Source of the DNA: Lepidodermella squamata
Taxonomy: Eukaryota > Animalia > Gastrotricha
DNA: 64,000 nt
Assembly: GCA_047495785.1 (NCBI GenBank)
Contig: JBLDXI010000030.1
Span: forward strand, 558,001-622,000
Direction of reading: 5' to 3'
Made by a program: the position numbers and the translations under genes. A model generated the notes under the pieces. It did not search any database and had not been told where the DNA came from. It saw only the letters and a list, made by a program, of their open reading frames with translations. Below, one piece after another: positions 1 through 12,350 of the stretch. Position 1 is the stretch's first letter. Each line of letters starts with the position of its first letter.

Positions 1-330
1 TTTGCTCCAATTCTTGCTCTTTAACATGAGCACGAGGTTGAATCCGGCCTCGCATACCCAGGTGGTAGCTAACGGCAGCTGGATTCAAGTCCTTGATAGC
101 AGCATCTCTGAGAATTCCGTATTTGTTAGAATCGAGAACCCGCCAATATCCTTCAAGATCTGACTTGGTGAAGCGCTGTTTTTCTTCTTGGTCAGCCTGA
201 AGTTCAACAAGCTCCTCAACCAGGTCGTTAGAAACTTACGAAGCATCGACTTGAAATGGATTCCGAACTACAGAAAATTCCTTCGCAGGATCATCGCGGA
301 ACATGGGATCATTTTGCCATCACTTAATAT
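1..330 (-). pseudogene. Degenerate hAT-superfamily (Buster/ZBED-type) transposase C-terminal dimerisation region; continues off the window edge
   Basis: The minus strand reads ...VRNPFQVDAS*VSNDLVEELVELQADQEEKQRFTKSDLEGYWRVL...YGILRDAAIK, then after a frameshift LPLATTWVCEAGFNLVLMLKSK. This matches the hAT pattern (RNPF...EEL.ELQ.D...YW...TTYxCExxFS). It contains an in-frame stop and a frameshift. Confidence 0.7.
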
Positions 331-713
331 TTCTTTCAAAATAAACCAAAGGGGAATCATCCAGGGAATTATTGATATTCGCATTGATCACCATATTTCA
401 TCAGCTATAACCATGTGGGGTGGTACGAACGTAGTCATAAGCCACTTCTGGAAACTAAATAAAGCAAATTTAAAGTATGGCTAAGTTTCAGGAAGCCGGG
501 GTAAATGAGATGAATCATTGTCTGCTTGCTTTGAAATCTGGTCTGTATGAGTATATGCTGAATCATTTTCAGTGACATTTATGTATTGCCGTCATTTATT
601 AAACCCTTTTATACATATTACTTATAAGGAGAAAGTAGACTTAACATTAACCAAATGTATCGCAGTCTTCATAATTATTAATTATGCCGAAATTCCGCTG
701 GCTATTCCAATGT

Positions 714-2187
714 TCAGATAAGCATCGATTTCTTCACGCACTGTGAACTGCCGAAGCTCTTACCGACACATAAGCTGGAATTGAAACAAATATTATTTGC
801 GTTGCAATGAAGCTCAAGTGAAGTCTTACTAGTCATCGCAGCAAGGTCCGTTATCGCATGATTCAGTGGAGCAGCCCTGTTGCTGCGGTTTTTGGGCGAA
901 GCAATACCCAGTCGTATAGCCTCGGGTAGAACAGAAGCTGTTTGAAGGAATGTTACAATTTGATTTAACATGCGGTCTCGAACTTACTATCCCTCGCAAC
1001 ATGGCAAGCCGTCCAAGCAGGTTTCTGTCGAACATTTCGGCTGTTCGGTGGGTTTCACTTCGCTCTGTTGGAAGCAAATTCCGGTGGTAAAGCCATGGTT
1101 AGAACAGTAGCTGTGTAAAAGGCAATGTTTCAATCTTCATATTCAGCAATCGTCTATAGCTTACTATCCCTCGCAACATGGCAAACCATCCATGCAGCTG
1201 TCTTTCGAGCATTTTGGCTGCTCGATGGGTTTCACTTCGCTTTGTTGGAAGCAAATTCCTGCGGTGTAGCTATGGTTAGAACAGTAGCTGTGAAAGAAAA
1301 CTTGTTATCGCTGCTTCAAGTACTGGACTGCAACTTACTATCCTTCGCAACATGGCAAGCCGTACAGGCAGGTGTCTGTCGAGCACTTTGGCTGCTCGAT
1401 CGGTTTCACTTCGGTTTTTTGGAAGCAGAATCCAGTGTTGAAGCCATGGGTCTCGCAGTAGCTATGAAAAACATCGTCACGCTTTGAAGCTTCAGTTGTT
1501 AAATACTATAACTTACTATCCCTCACAACACGGCAGGCGGTCCATGCAGGAGTACGTCGAACAGCTATCGTTTTTCGGCTCGACTGCCTGTTGGAAGCAG
1601 ATTCCTGTGGTGAAGCCATGTTTAGAACAGTAGCTGTGTACGAGAGAATGTTAATATCTTCATATTCAATACTGGACGGCAACTTACTATCCCTCGCAAC
1701 ATGGTAAGCCATCCATGCAGCTGTCTTTCGAGCACTTTGGCTGCTCGACGGCTTTCTTTTCGGTATTTGGAAAGCAGAATCCAGTGTTGAAGCCATGTTT
1801 TTCACAGTAGCTTTTTAGGATATCATTTTACTCAACAGCTTCAGGAAATGATCATGACTTACTATCCCTCGCAACACGGCAAGCGGTCCATGCAGGAGTA
1901 TGTCGAGCAGCTATCATTTCTCTGCTGGATTTGTTTCACCTCGGGTTCCTCTACAACTTGTGGTGCACTTTTCGGTAGGCACATACCAATCGAAAAGCCA
2001 TTCATGGAACAAGTGCTATTCAATGAAGGGATGTTAGATGCGTTGACGATGAGGTTGAATAAGAAACTAACTAGTCACCACAGCAAGGTTTGCCCACGCC
2101 ACAGTCAATCGTCACGCATGTTGGCTCCGAAGCCGTAACTGCAGCAAAAACGAGTAAGGAGGACAGAATCCTAATTGCAGCTTTCAT
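714..2187 (-). CDS. Knottin gene A: secreted precursor with 8 tandem ICK-like domains (9 exons)
   Basis: ATG 2187, MKAAIRILSSLLVFAAVTAS signal peptide. Eight ~50-60 nt GT-AG phase-2 introns, each just after CC-x-[GD]. Spliced domains e.g. CSKDSCMDGLPCCEGYYCSKHGFTTGIC (C-x4-C-x5-CC-x4-C-x9-C). Ends LCVGKSFGSSQCVKKSMLI* at 714. Confidence 0.9.
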
Positions 2188-2321
2188 TTTAAGGTAACTA
2201 GGTGGTAAATCCGAGAGTTGTAGAATGAGCCGGAGTGTCGTGCTGCCATTTTAAAGGGCCCTTATCGCGTCATTGTTTTGCTTTCTCAAGAGTGCTTTCT
2301 ATTTTTAGGGCTATTAAACAC

Positions 2322-2343
2322 CTTATCTTGCATATAAAGGTCA
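2322..2343 (-). promoter_or_regulatory. Conserved knottin-family upstream motif (GATA-type AGATAA plus AAGGT[C]A-like element); other copies at 3523, 7525, 8854, 10118, 13996, 14959
   Basis: Plus-strand consensus TTATCTyGcnTATrAAGGt, found 134-167 nt upstream of the ATG of genes A, B, C, D, E, F and G. Confidence 0.7.
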
Positions 2344-2772
2344 CAAATTGTCTTGAGTTAACAAAATAATGGAGTGCTGTGTCTGCTGATAGCGAATCTA
2401 GGTTGATGGCCAAACCTTTTCCTTTTAGTTTAGGCGAATGAATCGGCTAAGCACAATCTTTTTGTCATGTTAAATGCAGCGGGCGCGAATTAAGCTGCAT
2501 CTTATATATTGATTGTTTACCTCAGTTTTAAGATAGAAGGTGACTTTTTACCTGGCTGCTTTTTCTCATCTACTAATTTACTGGGAGGAGCAGTTGCTCC
2601 TGTCGTTCAATCGTGTTTTTTAATGTGTAAGTATCACTAATCAAGGCCTATTTCCTCAATGTAAGAACGTTCATCTTTTATCCAATTCATTGCTGCATCG
2701 CTACACAGTTTTGTATAAATTTCAGAATTTGACACCGTTTAATGGCCCATCCTTGTTAGTTACTCTGATTCC

Positions 2773-3377
2773 TTATCCAAGCAGTGACTTTTTCACGCAA
2801 CGGGTGTTACCGAAAGATTTGCCAACGCAATAGCTGAAATAAATTGAAATGTTCAATCTGTGAGTTGGGAATTGTGAGGACGTACTAATCGTCGCAGCAA
2901 GGTCCCTTGTCGCAAGATTCAGTCGAGCAAGCCTCTGCCTTTTGGCTGAAGCAAAGTCCAGTGGTGTAGCCATGAGTAGAACAGATGCTGTGGTAGAATT
3001 TGTTGCGTTTTCTTTGCCTTCTTTATTGAATTCAAACTTACAGTCCCTCGCAACATGGCAGACCCATGTCACACTCAACATTCGAGCATGACGGCTTGCT
3101 CGATGGATCGATTGGCTTCACAACGTCTTTCACTTCATCCTTCTCTTTCTCATTTTGCTTGAAGCACATGCCGTAGGTATAGCCCCTCCGGGAACAAACG
3201 CTATGATGTAACGAATACGTTATATTTTAGCTAAAGCCGAGATCAATGAACTTACTATCCATCGCAGCAGGGTAGGCCCATGTCACACTCTACTGTGGAA
3301 CACTTATGCTTACTCGGTGAAGCTGCAACTGCAGCGACAAAAAGACTGATGACAACGACTCCAAAGGCTGCTCTCAT
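2773..3377 (-). CDS. Knottin gene B: secreted precursor with 3 ICK-like domains (4 exons)
   Basis: MRAAFGVVVISLFVAAVAASPSKHK-CSTVECDMGLPCCDGY|VCSRRGYTYGMCF...CSNVECDMGLPCCEGL|ICSTHGYTTGLCF...CSTESCDKGPCCDDY|YCVGKSFGNTRCVKKSLLG*. Same intron position as gene A. Confidence 0.9.
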
Positions 3378-4148
3378 TTTTGAGAAATGCGATTGTCTAT
3401 TATCTGCAAAAGCTGAAACCAATGCGTCTGGATTTTTCCTACCAACTCATTATATAGGTTTTATATGGGCCTCAGCCTTATCAATTTCACATTGCTCTTT
3501 TCTGAGTGCTTTTCAAAGAGGTTTATCTCGCTTATGAAGGTCAAAAAGCCACGTTATCTGAGTCATCTCGGTTTTTGTGGATAAATGAAATGTCTTTTGG
3601 ACTGAAAAAACTCAGCATATCAGCTGTTTTAAGCCTCACTTCATGTCGAAAGCGTGTTGGCGTAATTGTTTAGCTTCATTGCTCGGTGACTGATTACACA
3701 CGATCGAATTTCACCATTGTCCAACTTTTTTTATCCAGCATCAGAGACTCCTTAAAACTTGACCGGAGACTCGATTTAGTTAAGGAAGCAAACTATTCTC
3801 CCGTTCACAGACAATTGAAGATTGGTATTGTTGAGTAGTCCTTATCTCTGTAGTTCTCTGCTCAGTCTGATACTAGCATCGCCAGGTAAGTATAATAATA
3901 GTTTAATTAGCTTTAACATTCCAGACAATTTGCGAATAATCATGCAACTGATCACGCAACTGATGACCTGACTAATTGCAGGGTGAACGATCCGGCGAGA
4001 AACATCTAATAATAGGGGCGACTAGGAACTAACTTCAGCCGATTTTCTTCATTAGATATTATGCGATATTAGTGTCGATGCCCAAATCGTTCAAATCTGC
4101 AGTAGAAACGAAATACAACTGCTGCCTCCAAAGACAACATTCTCAAGA

Positions 4149-6548
4149 ATGATGTCTCGTATTGTGAATCTGATTCTCGTATTAGGCATCCGGTTATGTA
4201 CATCGCTGAAAAGAAACAACCTATCGTTACTACAGGTTTACCCTGAATCTCACCTGCCCTGCCGGCCCTCCATCCAAATCGTTATTGACTCTGTTAATAA
4301 CAGAACTGACATTTTACCCGACTACAACATCGTTTCTGATTTCAGAGATGAAGCAAATTTCTCTCTTGGTCCTACCCCAGTTCGCGAACTAGTGAAATAC
4401 GGGAGGGAATGGGAGGGCAGATCTAATGATCCCACATACATTCGATCACCCATGTATATCGGGCCTTTCTTTTCGATTGCGTGCAAAGTCCTAGGAAAGG
4501 TGCTGAAGTACTATGACATGGTAGCGCTTAGTATTGGATGCGGTGCTCCATTTCTGGCTGATCACGTGACATATCCGAACTTGTACTTGGTACAATCGAC
4601 TGATGAAATTGTGGCTATGGGAGTTATCCACTTTCTCAAGGATATCGGCAAATGGTCGAAGATCGGAATAGTATCGATCCCCTCAAACCCCAACAACTAC
4701 ATAGCTGCTACTTATGCCAATGAGTTCGCTCTGAAAGCCAACATTTCAGTGCCTATCTTCATTATTGGAATAGATTTGGAAGATGACGTGATCGATGCGA
4801 TCAAGTATCACGACGTTCGAATCATTGTCCCTTTCATCACCGATGCGCCAATTCTGTGGAAATTTATCTGCAAATGTTTCCTGTCTGGTATCAGTGGTCC
4901 ACGGTACTTGTTCATCCTCAACAATTTCCTTGCTGCTGACCCACGTAATTTAATCCTACAAGACTCCAGATGCACGAGAGAAAATATGGCAGATCAGTTT
5001 AAACGATTTATATTCGCTGGCACTGTCGTTGCTGTTACGGACGAGAGCCGAAAGTCCGAGCTAGGCTACAACACTTATCAGTTCGATCAAATGCTATATG
5101 ACAGACTGCTAAGACCAAAAGAACTAACAGCTAGTAGCTTGAAATACATCTGCCACGATACAGCGCTGATGTCAGTCTTCGCACTTCATGACGCGGATTT
5201 GCGTTTGAAGGCCCAGTACAACATGTCTCTATTAGAAATGAACACGAACCCAGGGTTGGTCATGCGTGTCGTAAATGAATCTGTCTTGAACATCAACATA
5301 TCCGGTTTGAGGGGTCAGCTGTACTTCAGTAAACGGGGTTTCATGGAAAATGACAGAATATTATTCACCTACTGGAACAACAATGGCTATGTTAACCCCT
5401 ACTATACTGTAGAAAAAGAGGACAGCGAGCGCACGGGCCTCTACTACGGCCGTTATTCAGTCATTTCGAATGGCGTCTTTCAATGGCCTGGTTGGTCTGA
5501 CGGTAGACCACCAAGAGATTCGGCTAATATTGAAAAACTTGCCTCTGAAGTCAATGCTAACGTTCGCACATCTGTTATTGTAATATCATGCTTGATCTCG
5601 TCGCTTCAAATATTTCTGGGTTCTGCGACACCCAGGAGCCTAAATTCGTTGTCTTCAAATCTTAAAATCATTGCTTACATTGGCTGCCTGTGCCTCAATG
5701 GATCTGCAGTTGTTCATTCCCTGAAGATAGCCGAAAATCCTTACTTGATCGGCATACTGAGGGTCGCTCTGCTGATTTTCGCGCTATCATTTGTCAACGG
5801 AATCCTAGCCTTTCGAGCAGTTTTCATTGCATATAGACTTCGCGAGAGGCACGTAGCTCTAAAACCAGTCAATTCGCATAGGCCTTTAGCTATAAGTCAT
5901 TCGGGAGCCACCTTGCATTCGAACTTCGACCACAATTACCGTTTGGCCAATCCCCATGCGCACTTGAGAGTCGAAAAAACAGCGATTCACGGATCTTTTA
6001 CGCCACAACCTTTAAAGGATCCCCTGAAGCAAGAAATCGAGTCAGATATCGACAAGGGGGTAGTTATTGGATGTGCGTTTTTCGTGGCTATAAATATGGC
6101 CATTGTCTTGGCTTGGCTGACTTCTGACGGCTTCTCCTGCCAGCAATTCATCTCTACAGGAGGAGATAATTACGATGAAATCACGGATACATCCTACGAG
6201 ATTTCCGTAATTCATTGCAGGACGAAAAACAACGTAGCTTGGATCGCATTTTTCATCATTTTTCACACTCTGGTGCTGTTAGTCGGCTTACATCAGAGTT
6301 ATAGAATCAAACAACGCCTTAGGGCTAATCAAACTTATGTCTGTTCTGAAATCGTCGGTATTATTTGTGGCGTCCTCAACGCATTGGTCCTTCTGCTGTG
6401 TTCAGTCTTGATAATAGTCGCTCTATCGGATCAAGTTCGCCGGCATGTCGCAGTATCTTTAATGGCGCTTATTCTATCCCTCACATCGTCGTTATGCCTG
6501 TCCTACAAGTCTTTAATGCACGCTTTTTCCGTAACTGGAGAATCGTGA
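4149..6548 (+). CDS. Class C GPCR, GABA-B-receptor-like (Venus flytrap domain + 7TM, no cysteine-rich domain), intronless
   Basis: 799 aa ORF with signal peptide; VNNRTDILPDYNI, YIGPFFSIAC, YPNLY, W..IGI, HDVRII, G.SGPRYLFIL, W..GRPPRD motifs, followed by multiple hydrophobic helices. Confidence 0.85.
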   Translation: MMSRIVNLILVLGIRLCTSLKRNNLSLLQVYPESHLPCRPSIQIVIDSVNNRTDILPDYNIVSDFRDEANFSLGPTPVRELVKYGREWEGRSNDPTYIRSPMYIGPFFSIACKVLGKVLKYYDMVALSIGCGAPFLADHVTYPNLYLVQSTDEIVAMGVIHFLKDIGKWSKIGIVSIPSNPNNYIAATYANEFALKANISVPIFIIGIDLEDDVIDAIKYHDVRIIVPFITDAPILWKFICKCFLSGISGPRYLFILNNFLAADPRNLILQDSRCTRENMADQFKRFIFAGTVVAVTDESRKSELGYNTYQFDQMLYDRLLRPKELTASSLKYICHDTALMSVFALHDADLRLKAQYNMSLLEMNTNPGLVMRVVNESVLNINISGLRGQLYFSKRGFMENDRILFTYWNNNGYVNPYYTVEKEDSERTGLYYGRYSVISNGVFQWPGWSDGRPPRDSANIEKLASEVNANVRTSVIVISCLISSLQIFLGSATPRSLNSLSSNLKIIAYIGCLCLNGSAVVHSLKIAENPYLIGILRVALLIFALSFVNGILAFRAVFIAYRLRERHVALKPVNSHRPLAISHSGATLHSNFDHNYRLANPHAHLRVEKTAIHGSFTPQPLKDPLKQEIESDIDKGVVIGCAFFVAINMAIVLAWLTSDGFSCQQFISTGGDNYDEITDTSYEISVIHCRTKNNVAWIAFFIIFHTLVLLVGLHQSYRIKQRLRANQTYVCSEIVGIICGVLNALVLLLCSVLIIVALSDQVRRHVAVSLMALILSLTSSLCLSYKSLMHAFSVTGES

Positions 6549-7199
6549 ACTCGCCAAATTCCGCAGATATCATATTTTGTATTCTTTTTCTGGCTTCCCT
6601 CTCAACTCACTCTTTACTTCTAATTAATAAGCATAATATTTAATTGGTGCGTAAAAGTGACCCGACAAAAAGACACATTGCGTTGAAAGAAATTCTCGAC
6701 CATAATCAGCAGACAACTTGTTTTTGACTGTAATTAAAACGGCTTCATGTGAAGTCACTTTTAAAACCGACAAAAATAGCGCGTTGTAAATTTAGTCAGT
6801 CAAAAAATCAGCAAGAGATTGTAATCATTGACGTAGTATTTGGACATACAGTGTGCCGGAAATAGAAAAAAATGGCTCAATGCATGTAAGCGCAGATGTT
6901 CAGCTTTTCCTAGTGTTCAGACACGCGACTGGCTTGGCGAAGATGCAAGAAGTTAGTTTTACGCCAGTTGTTTCTATTTCCGGCAAATTGGCGCACAAGT
7001 CACGATACCTATATTTTCCTGAACTAATGCTCAAGTGCATGACATTTGGTGTGAATTGAGGAGGGTGACACGCTTGAGAGCTGTGAAGCTGTAAGCTGTA
7101 ATATATAAGTATATAAATCAAGGATTCAGGTCCTAGCTCGTCACCAAGCCAACGAGATGCTGGTTTGCTATCAATTTTCTCCGATATATGCCGCAGATA

Positions 7200-7358
7200 A
7201 TAGGAACGAACCAACTATCTAAATTTGAAACTCACTATCCATCGAAGCAGGGCAGGCCCATGTCACACTCCCATAAGGAACACTTAGGCTTACTTCGGCG
7301 GAGCTGCAGCTGCAGCGACAAAAAGACTGATGGCAACGATTCCAATGGCTGATTTCAT
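7200..7358 (-). pseudogene. Knottin pseudogene C (paralog of gene B exon 1)
   Basis: MKSAIGIVAISLFVAAAAPPK* arises from a 1-nt insertion relative to gene B. The downstream frame gives CSLWECDMGLPCFDG (CC changed to CF) then a GT donor. No intact later exons. The upstream motif is retained. Confidence 0.75.
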
Positions 7359-7850
7359 CTTTGAGGAATTCGCTCGTTTATTATATGGGAAATCTGAAAA
7401 CGGCACCTCTAGAGCTTTCTTATCAACATTAAGCTCGTTCTTATGGCCCTTAGTCTTATCGCTTTCTCATTGCTCTTTCCCCGTTGAGAGCATTTCAATG
7501 CATCTGAGATTCATTTTAAGATGTTTATCTCGTATATGAAGGTCGAAAAGCTAAATAATCTGAATCATCTCGGAAATGAAATATTTTTTAGACTGAAATC
7601 AGCCTTCAAATATTTTGCTCGTTGAATCTTTGTAGTTGGTCAATAATCAGTACTAGCGAGAGCTCTTTTCCTGGAACAGCTGGTTAAAAATCTCGAGAAT
7701 TACAAGTTGCAAAAGCATTATTGGTTTATTGTTTATAATGTTCTAGCTGAAGAAATTAATTGCTGCTGAACTAATCATTTCAGAAGAGTGATAGTTTGCT
7801 GGTATTTTGTTAGTATTATTCCACTTCTGTCTCAGATGAAGACAATCGCT

Positions 7851-8713
7851 CTAGCTTTTCGGTACGCACTGGCCATAATTCGCGAAATAGTGAGAGCAAA
7901 CGCTGTTGGTTGATGAAAAGTAGTATTAATGTCGGCAAATGCATCAGTTAAATGGAGAACTTACAGTCCCTCGCAGCATTTCAATCCATGTAGACAGTTG
8001 TCAGTCGCGCAATTGTCGTTTGGCTTCACGACGTCCTCCACCTCAGGCTTCTCTTCCTCAATCTCAGCTTCCTGAAAGCACAGGCCGTAAGTAAATCCTC
8101 TTTTCGAGCACACGCTATTGAATGAAAATTAGAAAATTTAAAATGCATGATTTGATTAAATGGAGAGCTTACAGTCCCTCGCAACATGGTAGTCCCATAT
8201 CACACTCAACATTCGAGCATGTCGGCGGTGGAGTGGTTGGTTGCACGGCGTCCTCCACTTCAGACTTCTCTTCTTCTATCTCAGCTTCCTGAAAGCAAAG
8301 GCCGTACGTGAATCCCTTCTTCGAACATACCCTGCCAGATAATGAATAGAATGAATGCCAGCTAATGAATTCGTTGAATGGAGAACTTACAGTCCCTCGC
8401 AGCACGGCAGACCCATGTCGCACTCAACATTCGAACATGTAGGCGGTTGAGTGGTTGGTTTCTCGATGTGTTTCTCTTCCTCTGCCTCACTCGGCTTGAA
8501 GCACAGGCCGTACGTGAAGCCTCTCTTCGAGCAGACGCTGTTAGATGATGAATGGAATATGCCAATAGATGCTTTGATTAATTGCAGAACTTACAGTCCC
8601 TCGCAGCAAGGCAGACCCATGTCACACTCGGTGTTCGAGCATGTAGGCTTACTAGGTGAAGCCGAGACAGCCGCGATAACAGCGGCGGCAACTATACAGA
8701 ATGCAACTTTCAT
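7851..8713 (-). CDS. Knottin gene D: 4 ICK-like domains (5 exons) with acidic Pro-rich linkers
   Basis: MKVAFCIVAAAVIAAVSASPSKPT-CSNTECDMGLPCCEGL|VCSKRGFTYGLCF...; last exon VCSHYFANYGQCVPKS*. Confidence 0.9.
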
Positions 8714-9509
8714 TTTAGGAGAATGTGCAGCTTTGAATTCTGAGAGTGTGTGTCACTCCAATACCGGCGTTAAATAGGCTTTTCCGGGCTGGCGTGGTTT
8801 CCAATCATTCGTTCTCACGCACTTGGTTGTTTACGGCGGCGCAATTAAGCAGCTTATCTCGCCTATGAAGGTTAAAAAACCGCATTATCAACAAAGCATG
8901 CTCACTCATTACACAAGCTAGGAAAAATCTGACATCATATCAAATATTATATCCCCTTCCCATGATACCATTGTTGAATAACTCGATTAAGGCTTGATCC
9001 GAGTTGATAATTGATTATTAAAATGCAAGTTGTTTAGAGGCCTCTGCATTGGCTGTATCTCATTGGGGAGTGAATGAAAGGGTTAGGTTTTGAGGTACTC
9101 AACCGAAGGCTATTTTAACGTCACGGAGTTCACATAACCTACTTAAGCCTCTTAGGAACTGCAACACATTCGCATTATAATAGCCGGAACCCACTGATGG
9201 CGAGACCCCCAAGGATGGGAATCTTTTATATTGTATATTGAAGTTCAAAAGTTGATTGATCACAAAATATGTATAAACAATGGGCTCTTCCGCATTAGTC
9301 TTATCTGTTTCTTTTACCGTTAGTAGAAAGTAGAAAGCTAGCGACTTGCGAGCAAAATAATAGCATTACTATTGTATTCCTTTATTATGCCTTTTACAAT
9401 AGAAAGGACATTTTGAACAAGTTGTTTCGCCAGAATTACACAGAACCGGTTTGCTCACGTCGAATTTGTGTGATTCCATCTTCGTTTGAGCGTGAAAACC
9501 CGTCTTTAT

Positions 9510-9982
9510 TTAGCGGGAAGCATTCGCCATATTTTCGCTTGTGTCTGCTGCCGCGAAGCATTGGCCGTAGGTTCCGAAGTTGGACGAACAATGACTGTTG
9601 GTTGTAATGTATATTTAGAAATGTTTTGCTTAGTTATTTTTTAACACTTACTATCCGTCGCAGCACTTCAATCCATTTAGGCAGGAAACGGTAGAGCATT
9701 TGTCTTTTGGCTTCACAGAGTCTGCCACTTCATGCGACTCTACCTCTACCTCACTCGGCTTAAAGCACAGGCCGTACGTGAAGCCTCTCTTCGAGCAGAC
9801 GCTGTTGGAGAATAAATTCGAGAATGAATACTGAATGTCAATAGATGTTGTAGAACTTACAGTCCCTCGCAACAAGGCAGGCCCATGTCGCACTCAGTGT
9901 TCGAGCATGTAGGTTTACTCGGTGAAGCCGAGACTGCCGCGATAACTAGGGTGATGGCAAAAATACAAAATGAACTTTTCAT
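9510..9982 (-). CDS. Knottin gene E: 2 ICK-like domains (3 exons)
   Basis: MKSSFCIFAITLVIAAVSASPSKPTCSNTECDMGLPCCEGL|VCSKRGFTYGLCF...CSTVSCLNGLKCCDGY|HCSSNFGTYGQCFAAADTSENMANASR*. Confidence 0.85.
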
Positions 9983-11053
9983 TTGCAGACAACTATTATG
10001 GAAAACTGGAAATGCGCTTTATCATAACCTTTCTATTGCCCTTATATAGGCTGGTCTGTGACTATTTGGCTTCGCTTGGGACACGCCTTGGGTGTCTTTT
10101 TGGGGCTATTAACTGGCTTATCTCGCTTATGAAGGTTGGAAAATTCGCTCGCATTATCAAGACAACGCTCAAGCTTCGGTAGGAAAATAATCAGGCAAGG
10201 GTAAAAATAATATTTCCCACACAGAAGGGCAAAATCGTTCATACTAAATACTTCAAATGTAGTAGCTAATAATATAGCAATCATCTCGTAGCCCATCGTC
10301 ATTTCATCAAGCCTGCGTGAAATGAAAATGGATGCCAATTATTTTCAATATTTTTCGTCAATTCTTTCAGCGTCGCAGTCAGACTGGTTCCAGATCGCAG
10401 CTCACTTCCTCCACCAAAAAGGGCTCGTTAACTATGAATAGACCTTCGTATACTGTTTCGAGAATAGGGCCGTAGTTTGGCCCTGATTTTCCAGTCATTA
10501 GAACTAAAACACTAGGCGCGGCTAAGCGTTGTGATCGGTAGTGTGAAGGCTAAGAATTTCAGCCCCGGTTTGAAATGTCCCAACTAGTAGCAATCGCAAC
10601 AATTTCTGCAAAGTCGCCTTTGCTAATTCTCTTTCAGACTTGGCGATGCGGTCAAAATTACTTCCGGTGGATCATCTTTGATTAGTTGCTGATGCCGGTT
10701 GGTTTCATGTCTTGGAACGCCTGCCGCGCTTCTGCTTGCTAGCTGCTTGATCTTCTGTAGCCTCCTGCTTAGGCTGCGGTGTTGCTACAGTTATTTATAA
10801 TGGATCATTCAATTCATAATTCATATTCAATTCAATTCATAGTCATCAAAGTTTACAGAAAGAACCCAATATCCTCTCGAAAAAATGGTTTTCGATATGC
10901 GTTGCTTGGTAGCCGGAAAGCGGAGTCATTTCAAGCAGCCTACAGACTACAACATGAATCAGAATAATTTGCAAGAGTTGTACTGTGTACTGAATAACTA
11001 TTTATTAAATATTACAGAGGATTTTTCAGAGAGTTTTACGCGTCCATTCAAAC

Positions 11054-12350
11054 TTAAGCTAACATCAATATGTAGAGAACAATATCGGCGAGACACGTCG
11101 AAATTATAACGATAACGCCCAAGATTAGATCAAGAAGTCGAATTAAGGTAATTTTCCTCGAATTCACTTCCAGGATTTTTTGATCCGCGCGCTGTGCGTA
11201 GTTAGAAACCGCCAACATGTAGCAAGTTAAAGCCATGCCAATGACGTACTTCAGAGCTATTCCAACGACGAGGTAAATAACTTCAGAGGTCGATGGAACC
11301 TCAGCTGCAAGTAAGCCGAGGGTAACAGAGTTAGCTAAGACCACAGTCATGCTGAATGCTGGCCTGTCAGGCGTATCAGGCGGCATACTCAAGCAGAACA
11401 GTTGGGTGATGAAGAAGCCATAGGTCGGAACAAAAATTGTTGTAACGTAATAACGCGCTTGGCGCTGAAACCGTATTTTCAGGTTGATTTCATACTGTAT
11501 GAAGTTATCGCCATGCTTCCCAGGAAATTGATCAAACGTTGTAATATTTGTACCCATATTTTTAAGTAGCCATATATCATTCTCGGGCATGAAGTTTTCC
11601 AGATGCTCGAATTCTAGCACGACAAATTCAGAAACATCGAACGTATCGACTGGCCACAGATTCAAAGAACAGTTGAATACATCAAATGGAAACTTTGCGA
11701 AGGACGTGTCGCAAATCGATGTTATGGTACCCATTGCATCTAAGCTTCCATAGAACTTTCGGTCATCTGTCAAGCCAGCTTTCGCGTTCTTTGTCATTCT
11801 AACAATATTATAAACTGTATGATTCATATTAGGAATAATTGATGGTAGATTACGATTCGAATGGAAAATTGGTTGCGAATCCATTTTCGTGGGAAACCAC
11901 CGGGTACCATATCGGTTCATCATCCGGTTTCCCGATTGGGATGGGAAAAGAGACCAGAGTCGGATACTTCTCGCAGGCTTCACGTGAAATATCAGTATTT
12001 AGGCGCGAGCAGTTGATTGGCTGTCCGCAGTTGTAGAGCCACTCGAAGCGAAAAACTCCACTCATGCAAAGCCTTGGAAAATAATTCAAGTAGTTTTCAA
12101 GAAAAATCAAACGACGCCTTTCTCACGTTTTGTCCATATCAGCGATATTAACGAAACGGGTTGTTACGATTCTGAGGGATACTTTGAGCTTCTCACCACA
12201 TTTCATCTTGCTTTCAGCCGGCAGATTAGTTGAGGTTGAATCGCGGTAGGCTTCCATAAGGTCGGCTCGAATAGTCGAGATATCAGAAATTGAGTCTGAA
12301 GGCCTTATCGAAATGGTGAAAACCGTAATCAGAACATGCATTACCGTCAT
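11054..12350 (-). CDS. Divergent Cys-loop ligand-gated ion channel subunit (about 3 exons)
   Basis: Signal peptide exon ~12350-12127, exon ~12072-11858 (FRFEW...IWYP), and a last exon with the Cys-loop CDTSFAKFPFDVFNC and four TM helices (RYYVTTIFVP; PDRPAFSMTVVLA). Confidence 0.85.

Noticed and set aside
188-484. 98 aa plus-strand ORF
   Set aside because: It is antisense to the hAT transposase remnant and has no recognisable features.
714-2100. ~175-nt periodic repeats as a CRISPR array or satellite
   Set aside because: The units are exon+intron modules encoding Cys-rich peptide in a eukaryotic context; no cas genes.
10360-10790. Possibly coding-like, GC-richer minus-strand stretch
   Set aside because: Multiple stops and no recognisable motif; may be a decayed TE but unsupported.
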